NCBI GenBank assembly: GCA_965219445.1
Contig: CBDCNQ010000003.1
Coordinates: forward strand, 160,001 to 224,000
DNA length: 64,000 nucleotides
Source of the DNA: Longimicrobiales bacterium
Lineage (GTDB): Bacteria; Gemmatimonadota; Gemmatimonadetes; Longimicrobiales; Gaopeijiaceae
Direction: 5' to 3'
In this document: in pieces, positions 56,746 to 64,000 of the stretch
Layout: each line of letters begins with the position of its first letter
Position numbering within the stretch: position 1 is the first letter of the stretch
Notes under the pieces: generated by a model
The model's input: the letters and a program-made list of their open reading frames with translations, nothing else
What the model was told of the DNA's origin: nothing
The model's database searches: none
Translations under genes and position numbers: made by a program

Positions 56746-59394
56746 TCAGTTCGCTTCGGCTTCCAACCCCGCCTCGAGTGTCTTGTCGATGCGCGCCAGC
56801 GCCTCGAAGAGGTGCGCCTGGGTATATCCGTCCGAAGCCCCTGGCTGAGCTGAATCGATCCCGTCACGGAGTTGGTACAATTCCCAACGTGCGACAGCAC
56901 GAGCATCGGCCGGCGTTCCGTTCTCTGGATTCACAACCAGACTGGCCATGGCGTCCAAGTAGGCCCGCTGAAGGTCCCGACGATCGGCGCTGATCGTCCC
57001 CCGTCCCAATTCGCTCCAAATGGCGGTGGTCAAGGACGCCATTACTTCTGGAATCGTGGCGACCTGCCCCGCGCCGAACTTCGTCTCGGCGTCTCGAATA
57101 CGTGCGAGCCGAGAAGCGTTGAGGACCTGGTCCAAGACCGACGACTGAAGTTCGAGGGTCCGAGCATGGAACGGATAGTCGTAACGGCCGTCGGTCCTGC
57201 GTTCGCTACCCCAGTGCGAGAATCCGTTGACGCCAAAGCTCTGGAGCACCGCAGGATCTATCGCCAGCGCGTCCTCCGCGAAGATACGATCGATGAGTAA
57301 CTCGAGCGCTTCCAACTGCCTGGCCTTGGGTACATTGACGAACGGATCACGCCCATCTCCCACGTGATCGCGGTTCATGTACTGACCACCGATATACTTC
57401 ACCGCCGGGGCAATCGCCCTAGAATACTCATTCATGAGTTGATTGTACGCGTTGGTCACTTCGACGAAGGGGGAGTTTTCCGTGAGCGCGTACTCCGGAA
57501 TCTTCGGCAGGAGGTCTCGGATCAGCGCGGAACGCTCGGCGCCCCACTGCAGAGGGTCGGCGCCCAGATCGTAGGTGTTGATCGTGGGATCCAAGGCGCC
57601 GCTGCCGCCTGCCTCATTGCCGTACATATGTCCGAGCTCGGAGACCGCGCGCGCAATGTCGTTCGCGTCGTCCTGGCGTTGCGTGTACGCATACGAGATC
57701 GCCCAGCGGTCGTACGACCCGGCATTGTACGTGTAGTAGTCGCCCATGCGCTCCCCGGGTGCAGCAAGGTTGACGGTCGGATACTCCATCACGGAGCTGT
57801 ATACACCATTTCTGCCCGTGAACGAGGTGTTGTGGAGTTGGTCTATAGGAGTGCTAGCCGAGGATCGGAAGTTGTGCTGCAGGCCAAGCGTGTGTCCGAC
57901 TTCGTGCATCACGACCCACGTCGTGTACTGCCTGAGAAGTTCATTCGGCAGCGGATCCCCGGGGTCCATCTCGTTCCTCACCGCAAGCACCAAACCCGCT
58001 AGGGTGCCCTGGGCCTCGAGCGCCGACGCGAATCCGGGAAGCTCCAGCCCCGGAACATTCGGGTCGGGGGGCTCGAATTCGCCCACCCCGAGCGCCATCT
58101 CGAAGGCCTCAGCAGCCGTTACTGGATTCACGATATTTCGCCACGTGTTACGGAAGCCCCGAAACATGTTTGCTTCGAACAGAATATCCGCGTCGAGGAT
58201 CTCACCCGTGCGCGGATCGACCTTGGACGGGCCAATCGCCCCATAGCCCGGATCGTCGGAGGTGTTCCAACGGAGGACAGCGTACCGGATATCGTTCGGG
58301 TCCGCGTCCTCTGGCAGATCGAGCGCACGAACCGCGCCCACCCAACCTGCGGCCTCGAACGCGTTGTTCCAGTTCTCCACACCTTCCTTGAACCAGCCCC
58401 TGTACTCATCGGGTACGTTATGATCGATGTAGTACGTAATGGGCTCGACAGGCCGCCGCCGGTTTCCGACGCGTTCGCCGGGCTCCAGTCGCCACCGGTT
58501 CACGTACCGCCGAAAGAAAGTGGAGTCCTCCGCGCTGAAGTCTTTGTGAACCGTCATGAAGTTACCGACGCGGTCGTCGGCGATCCGCCGCTCCATCGGC
58601 CGCTCGGGAAGTTGGGCGAGCGTATAGTGGATGGTGACCGGGATGTATCGCCCATCCGGCACAGATGGGACGGATCTGGGCTGCCCTGAACGAAAAGTCA
58701 GTGCCGCCCTGATATTCGTGTTTTCGGGGAAGCTGGAGACCCCGTCGATGTAACTCCGGCTTCGATCGAAGTTCGTGCTGCCGGACTGACCGTTGGTCCC
58801 ACGAGTGGCTCTCCGGGTCCGCCGGCCTACCCCCGATAGATCGGAGAGGAACCAGCCCGTCACCTCCAATACAAGAGCGGAGTCTGGACGTATAGCCTCG
58901 ACATCGGCGCTCTCGACGACGGAGGATCCGAAGCTGATGGCCACGGCAGCCGCAGCCCGATCGTCCGATGCAGCCCCAAAGCGGTGAGGCCGTTGGACGA
59001 GGAAGACGTTCTCTCCGTGCTTTTCAAACGCCATCAGGTCCATCTCGAACGTGCTCGGCGTCGTACCACCGAACAGCCCAGCCGCACCAATGCCCTGTGC
59101 CACCCGCACGTCCATGAGGAAATCCTGGCCCAATCGATCGGTGGGGACGGCGAGATAGAGACGGCCTTCCTTCATGTAAAGGTCGAAGAAGCCGGGCGAG
59201 ACCTCCGCGCCGTCCACGAGGCGCTCGAAGTCCTCGAAGGGGTTCTCCTCTTGAATCTCCTCCTCCTCGACCACGTCCTGCGCCAGTGCGCTGACTGGCG
59301 AAGCGATCACGAAGGCCGTCAATGCCATCACGAGGGCCAAAACATGGCTCTTCCCTCTTCTGGTCATCATCCCCGTCACCTCCTGATTGTTCAT
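56746..59394 (-). CDS. Secreted zinc-dependent metalloprotease (DUF5117/DUF4953-type)
   Basis: DPRTGEILDADI, HEVGHTLGLQHNF, SSVMEY Met-turn. Confidence 0.9.
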   Translation of the reverse strand: MNNQEVTGMMTRRGKSHVLALVMALTAFVIASPVSALAQDVVEEEEIQEENPFEDFERLVDGAEVSPGFFDLYMKEGRLYLAVPTDRLGQDFLMDVRVAQGIGAAGLFGGTTPSTFEMDLMAFEKHGENVFLVQRPHRFGAASDDRAAAAVAISFGSSVVESADVEAIRPDSALVLEVTGWFLSDLSGVGRRTRRATRGTNGQSGSTNFDRSRSYIDGVSSFPENTNIRAALTFRSGQPRSVPSVPDGRYIPVTIHYTLAQLPERPMERRIADDRVGNFMTVHKDFSAEDSTFFRRYVNRWRLEPGERVGNRRRPVEPITYYIDHNVPDEYRGWFKEGVENWNNAFEAAGWVGAVRALDLPEDADPNDIRYAVLRWNTSDDPGYGAIGPSKVDPRTGEILDADILFEANMFRGFRNTWRNIVNPVTAAEAFEMALGVGEFEPPDPNVPGLELPGFASALEAQGTLAGLVLAVRNEMDPGDPLPNELLRQYTTWVVMHEVGHTLGLQHNFRSSASTPIDQLHNTSFTGRNGVYSSVMEYPTVNLAAPGERMGDYYTYNAGSYDRWAISYAYTQRQDDANDIARAVSELGHMYGNEAGGSGALDPTINTYDLGADPLQWGAERSALIRDLLPKIPEYALTENSPFVEVTNAYNQLMNEYSRAIAPAVKYIGGQYMNRDHVGDGRDPFVNVPKARQLEALELLIDRIFAEDALAIDPAVLQSFGVNGFSHWGSERRTDGRYDYPFHARTLELQSSVLDQVLNASRLARIRDAETKFGAGQVATIPEVMASLTTAIWSELGRGTISADRRDLQRAYLDAMASLVVNPENGTPADARAVARWELYQLRDGIDSAQPGASDGYTQAHLFEALARIDKTLEAGLEAEAN

Positions 59395-59608
59395 GCTGGG
59401 CGATCAGACAAGCTAACCTTGCGCTGGGGCGGCGAAACCGGCAAGCGTGAGTTGCACTACTCGATGCTCTCGTATTCCGAATCCACCCGGTGCCGGTAGA
59501 AAATCCATGCGAACGGAATGAGCAGTGGGATCCGGTACCACCAGACCTTCCCGAGGTCGTCGTCCGACTGGGACCTTGTGTACCGAACGACAAATCTCGG
59601 TGGCTGAC

Positions 59609-59666
59609 GCGGAGACCGGGCCATACGTCAAAGAAAAGCGGAGACTGGGCCATACGTCAAAGAAAA
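59609..59666 (+). repeat. 29-bp tandem duplication
   Basis: GCGGAGAC(C/T)GGGCCATACGTCAAAGAAAA x2, 28/29 identical. Confidence 0.9.
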
Positions 59667-59790
59667 TACGTGCGGGTCGGAGAACGCCAGTCCGATTGTC
59701 GGCACACCAGACCCAACCGGGACATTGTTGCAGCAGAGAAGCTCGGCTTCTATATCCGAACCTGCATCCTCATTCCCAGGTAGAGAGGCC

Positions 59791-60702
59791 GTGCCGGAAC
59801 TCCCCGAGGTCACCGCGTACATTCGCGCACTCGAGCCGCGCATTCTTGGGCAGGTCCTCGAGGCCCTACGCATCCGTACTCCTTCACTGCTGAAGACCTT
59901 CGATCCGAGGGTCTCGGAGCTGGAGGGTCGCCGCCTGGCCGCCATCAGCCGCATCGGCAAACGGATCGTCTTCGAGTTGGATGGGGACCTTTTCGCCGTC
60001 ATCCACCTCATGATCGCCGGGCGCCTCCGGTGGTGTGAGAAGAGCGCGTCCGTTCCGAAGAAGCGGGGTCACGCGGCGTTCGATTTTCCCAACGGAACCC
60101 TGCTGCTTACCGAGGCGAGCACCCACAAGAGGGCATCTCTCCACGTTGTTCGTGGTGCGGAAACCCTGGCGGACCTCGATCCGGGCGGGGTCGAGCCACT
60201 GGAGGTCGATTTCCAAACGTTCCGGGAGGCGTTGTCGAGGGAGAATCGCACTCTGAAGCGGGCACTCACCGACCCGAGAATCGTCAGTGGCATCGGAAAC
60301 GCGCACTCGGACGAGATTCTGCTCGAGGCGCGGCTCTCGCCTGTAAGGCGGACTCGGCAACTCGGCGAGGACGAGCTCCTGCGCCTCTTCGAGTCCACCC
60401 ACCGCTCGCTATCAAAGTGGGTGGAGCGACTTCGTACGGAGTTCGGAGACGAATTTCCCAAAAAGATCACCGCGTTCCACGAAGCCATGATGGCGCACGG
60501 AAAGTTCGGGCAACCTTGCCCCCAGTGCGGCGCGCACATCCAGCGTATCGTACACGGGGAGCGCGAAACGAACTACTGCCCCACCTGTCAGACCGGAGGA
60601 AAACTCCTCAAGGACCGAGCGCTCTCGAAGCTTCTCCGTGACGACTGGCCGGCAACGCTGGAGGAACTGGAAGAGGGTATGGAGGCTCGACGGAGAGGTT
60701 GA
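59791..60702 (+). CDS. Fpg/Nei-family DNA glycosylase
   Basis: (M)PELPEV N-terminus, HLMIAG, SGIGNAHSDEIL H2TH, CPQC..CPTCQ zinc finger. Confidence 0.92.
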   Translation: MPELPEVTAYIRALEPRILGQVLEALRIRTPSLLKTFDPRVSELEGRRLAAISRIGKRIVFELDGDLFAVIHLMIAGRLRWCEKSASVPKKRGHAAFDFPNGTLLLTEASTHKRASLHVVRGAETLADLDPGGVEPLEVDFQTFREALSRENRTLKRALTDPRIVSGIGNAHSDEILLEARLSPVRRTRQLGEDELLRLFESTHRSLSKWVERLRTEFGDEFPKKITAFHEAMMAHGKFGQPCPQCGAHIQRIVHGERETNYCPTCQTGGKLLKDRALSKLLRDDWPATLEELEEGMEARRRG

Positions 60703-60714
60703 CCGGGCCCCGAC

Positions 60715-61398
60715 CTACTCGTCCTCGGCCCGCCCGGCGTCTTCGCTCCCTTCCTCCTCGTCGCTCCCCTCCGCCTTGGCCCCACGCCTTGCTTTGCTTT
60801 CGCCAGGGCTTGCGCTCCGTTTGCCTCGCCGGCTCCGGCGGCGCCCCCGGGCTCCCTTTCGGGTCGCTCTCATTTCCTCGACCGCCTTATCGAGTATCTC
60901 ATTCATCCGGGCGAGATCCTCCGGCTCCGCGCCCCACTGGAAGGCCTGATCGAAGGTGAGCTGAGCGAGCTTTGAAAACGAGCGCGAAAGTGCGCGCATA
61001 TCGCCCCCGAAGAAACGGTCCGTGAAGTGCTCGACCCGATCGAAGACGTCGTCCACGACATCTTCGTTATCGCCGAGATACGCCACGCCTTCCTCGGTAA
61101 TGGAGTAGATCTTCTTGCCGCCCTGCTCCTCGACGGTCACGTAGCCCTCGTCTTCCAGCATCTGTAGCGTGGGATATACGGATCCCGGGCTCGGCCTATA
61201 GTACCCTCTGGACTCCTCCTCGAGAGCCTTCATCACCTCGTAGCCATGCATGGGGCACTTCGAGATGAGTCGAAGAATCACGAACTTGAGATCCCCACGC
61301 TCGAAGATCTTCCATTTCATGTTTCGCCGGCGGCCCCGGCGACGAGGTCCAAAAAGGAACGCCTCGAAGTCGAACCCGTGGTCGGTCGCGCAAGACAT
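60715..61398 (-). CDS. PadR-family transcriptional regulator
   Basis: GDLKFVIL..HGYEVM..PSPGSVYPTLQMLEDEGYV..KKIYSITEEG. Confidence 0.92.
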   Translation of the reverse strand: MSCATDHGFDFEAFLFGPRRRGRRRNMKWKIFERGDLKFVILRLISKCPMHGYEVMKALEEESRGYYRPSPGSVYPTLQMLEDEGYVTVEEQGGKKIYSITEEGVAYLGDNEDVVDDVFDRVEHFTDRFFGGDMRALSRSFSKLAQLTFDQAFQWGAEPEDLARMNEILDKAVEEMRATRKGARGRRRSRRGKRSASPGESKARRGAKAEGSDEEEGSEDAGRAEDE

Positions 61399-61465
61399 CT
61401 TGTTCTCCTTCTCTCTCCCCCCGTTCCGAGAGTCAGCGGTTTTTTAGGCTCGGTCAGGAGATCAG

Positions 61466-61513
61466 TCGATATATCACTTTTGCCTATCACGATATACTAT
61501 TCGATATATCGAA
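61466..61513. promoter_or_regulatory. CGATATATCG-type palindromes, candidate PadR operators
   Basis: TCGATATATCA (61466-61476), CGATATA half-site (61490-61496), perfect TTCGATATATCGAA (61500-61513) upstream of padR. Confidence 0.65.
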
Positions 61514-61595
61514 ACAACACCCAGAGGAATACTCGGCGGCTAGAGCTTGTGCCGTCCGGGAAGGGTAAAGAGAGTGCGCGGGGCCCAGAAGCCTT

Positions 61596-62978
61596 CTAAT
61601 TACCCCGACCCGCCCTGGGTTGTGCTCGCCGGCCAGTAGATTGAGGTGAAGAACTAGAAGACCCTCGTGCGGGCGCGGCGGATCGCCCTGCGCCCCCCGA
61701 GGAACCTGAGGAGCTGGGCCGGGCCGATCTGGCGGCGGGCGCTGCGTTACGCGACGATCCGGAGGAGCCCGGCCGGGCGGTTCTGCCCGCGCTCCCGTCG
61801 CTGCCTCTGGTGGTCGAATACCCCCCTCCCCTCACCACCCGTCCCGCCGTTGGGCCAGAGCCACTCCCGCGTCGTCCGACGACAATGATCGGACTATATC
61901 CGTATCCGTACCCTCCGTATCCGTATCCGATGCCAAAGCCTCCGAATCCGTATCCGAATCCCAGGCCGCGCCCGTATCCATATCGGCCTCCGTACCCGCC
62001 GAATCCGTACCTGCCGAAGTAGCCGGGACCATACCCGAAACGAGATCCGTAGAGAGAACCGTAGCCATAGCGTGCATATGGATCGTAAAACGGGTCTTGA
62101 AACGGGTTGAGACGCCGATCGTAACCGTGGGCTGAGCGTCCATCCCCTCCTCGGGCCACCGGGCCGCGCTCTGACGAACCACCCTCGTTGAGCACGAACT
62201 TCTCGGGGTACGAAACGCCGACTACGACGTCGATCACGCTTGGGGGAACGCCCGAATCCGCCATTTCGATCAACGCGGCGGCGTCCAGAGAGAACGCCTC
62301 CCCCCGCTCAACAACCCAAAGTTGGACGGTCTCTGGGGAGACCTTCCCGATCGCCTCGATAACGTCGCCGGGAGCGATGGGAACGGAGGCGGCCGTCCGG
62401 GCCATCCGTGTTTCTGAACGCTGAGCTCCAACCAGATCCCCCTGCCCCGCCGCCTGGAAGTCAGCCTGGGATGCAAGCCGGTATCGACCCACCCAGGGCG
62501 CACCCCGACCGTCCGCGTCGACGGTCCGGACATCCAACCACTCGAACGGAGAGACCATCGAAATCACGCCCGTCGAACTTCTGTGGACGCTGGCACCACA
62601 AGTAAGCTCCGAGCGAATGTAGATTCGGCGAGAATCGTCGGAGAATTCAGCTCGCTCCCAGCCCTCGCACTCGTCTCTGCTCACATCGTGTTCTTGCCCG
62701 TCGGTAAAGATCGACTCCCGTGACACGACCTGACCGTCCAACACGGTGAGCATCTCGATGGCCGCTTCACCGGCGAGAGGCACGACGCAAAGGACGGGGG
62801 CCTCGGCCGGCTCGTCTACGGCCCGCCAGCAACCGATCCAGGGCGCCCATCGGCTGTCTACTTCCTGTGCCGCCGCTATGGGGGCCACCATGATCATCCA
62901 GGCGCCCACGAGAATGCCGAGGGTGACCCTACGCTGCCGGTCGTCCAATGTGCTTGTCATCATGCCCCTTCCGGTCAA
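61596..62978 (-). CDS. Secreted hypothetical protein with Gly/Tyr-rich and Ser/Arg-rich C-terminus
   Basis: Signal peptide, WAPWIGCW, YGYG/FGYG repeats; start could be ATG 62963. Confidence 0.75.
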   Translation of the reverse strand: MTGRGMMTSTLDDRQRRVTLGILVGAWMIMVAPIAAAQEVDSRWAPWIGCWRAVDEPAEAPVLCVVPLAGEAAIEMLTVLDGQVVSRESIFTDGQEHDVSRDECEGWERAEFSDDSRRIYIRSELTCGASVHRSSTGVISMVSPFEWLDVRTVDADGRGAPWVGRYRLASQADFQAAGQGDLVGAQRSETRMARTAASVPIAPGDVIEAIGKVSPETVQLWVVERGEAFSLDAAALIEMADSGVPPSVIDVVVGVSYPEKFVLNEGGSSERGPVARGGDGRSAHGYDRRLNPFQDPFYDPYARYGYGSLYGSRFGYGPGYFGRYGFGGYGGRYGYGRGLGFGYGFGGFGIGYGYGGYGYGYSPIIVVGRRGSGSGPTAGRVVRGGGYSTTRGSDGSAGRTARPGSSGSSRNAAPAARSARPSSSGSSGGAGRSAAPARGSSSSSPQSTGRRAQPRAGRGN

Positions 62979-63730
62979 AACCTGACTGCTATGCCGATCG
63001 TAGCTTGAAAGCCGCTCAAATCTAAGTCGTCGAAATTAAAGGCGGGACCCGCTTCGGCGCCACCAAAAGCGTACCTTCCCTCCACGGTCCACAGGAACCG
63101 CGGGCTGATCGAAACGTCGACTCCCGCAAATACGTGCGCTGTGGGCGCTGAACCGCTCGATTCTAGAATGAGGTTGAGGATGTCGAGGCTCGGTTCCTCG
63201 ACGAAGTCTCCCTCCTGCTTGAATCGGTACCAACGAAGACCACCTCCCACGCCGACGAACGGAGCCCACTTCTCGGGAATCCATGCGAACTGGCTGACCG
63301 CACGGCCTCGATCGCGAAGATAGAATTTCGTGCTGACAGTCACCGGTATCCTTTGGAGGGTCGTCGTCTGTTGGATCGGGAGGTTATCCAAATCCACATA
63401 CGGCCTCGACTCAGATCCGGCTTCGCTCCTCGAGAACCGGACATCCAGAGCGATGTCCAGACGCTCATTCCCTCGGAAGGCCAACTCGAGTCCCCAGGTA
63501 GAGGCATCGAAGTCGCGCTTACTCAGGGTAAAGTCATCGAGGGCTCGCGTCAGCACGGCGCCGCCAGCGTGGGCGCGCGCGTATCCTGCGTGGAACCCCA
63601 CCTGAACCCCCGGCTGTTTGAAGAGGAAGCCCGGACCACCCCCCTGAGCGGCGGTGGGAGCGGGGAGAAGCGGGAAAGCGGCAGCGAGCAAGAAAACCGT
63701 CGCTCGCACTCGACTCAAGTGACGCATCAT
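62975..63730 (-). CDS. Outer-membrane beta-barrel protein
   Basis: Signal peptide, PFVGVGGG, VEGRY, C-terminal ..GIAVRF. Confidence 0.8.
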   Translation of the reverse strand: MMRHLSRVRATVFLLAAAFPLLPAPTAAQGGGPGFLFKQPGVQVGFHAGYARAHAGGAVLTRALDDFTLSKRDFDASTWGLELAFRGNERLDIALDVRFSRSEAGSESRPYVDLDNLPIQQTTTLQRIPVTVSTKFYLRDRGRAVSQFAWIPEKWAPFVGVGGGLRWYRFKQEGDFVEEPSLDILNLILESSGSAPTAHVFAGVDVSISPRFLWTVEGRYAFGGAEAGPAFNFDDLDLSGFQATIGIAVRF

Positions 63731-63932
63731 GAAGCCCCTCCCCCGATTCATGTCAGGTTCGACACTAGCCACGGCTGCAGTTAGCGCAAGACGCATGCCG
63801 GATTCAGAAGGATGTTTTCGGCCAAATTCCCCATCACTCAACCAGATTTCGGCTCCGTACGTGGACAGCCTATGTCACCCGCTGGGGACATCGGTTCGAA
63901 GGAATAATTCGTTCCGCTGCATGCCATCGGTG

Positions 63933-63971
63933 CTAGTGTGGTGTCCCACACTTCGGGGAAACGACACTTAG
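63933..63971. repeat. Degenerate copy of the CTAG-ended element
   Basis: CTAGTGTGGTGTCCCA...AAACGACACTTAG. Confidence 0.5.
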
Positions 63972-64000
63972 GAGGCGGGTGAGGCCTCGGGGTCCGATGC

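Overview
GC-rich bacterial chromosome segment. The protein families (Ser/Thr kinase with a TolB-like propeller, PQQ dehydrogenases, VPS10/BNR hydrolase, NHL propellers, Zn-metalloproteases) suggest Gemmatimonadota; this is inference. The first ~22 kb is a heavily rearranged accessory region. An IS3 sits inside a kinase gene. An IS256 element has its left inverted repeat split by an IS110/IS1111-type element, whose 3' non-coding region encodes a readable bridge/seek RNA with guides matching both the IS256 repeat and its own circle junction. The region also holds a second, truncated IS256, a group IIC intron inserted antisense into a hydrolase gene, three tRNA-Ile(GAU) fragments, a duplicated 115-bp att-arm-like repeat bracketing a single PQQ dehydrogenase gene, and many short gene-end remnants. 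The remaining ~42 kb is more ordinary: folB with fused folK-folP and an ALDH, another PQQ dehydrogenase flanked by CTAG-ended miniature repeats, HupE/NHL, MMPL, CcdA/TlpA, a leishmanolysin-like peptidase, a Tat-type Mo-hydroxylase operon with a cytochrome b subunit, radical SAM, Fpg/Nei, PadR and an outer-membrane barrel. No rRNA, intact tRNA, CRISPR or integrase was seen. Family assignments come from motif recognition, not database searches.
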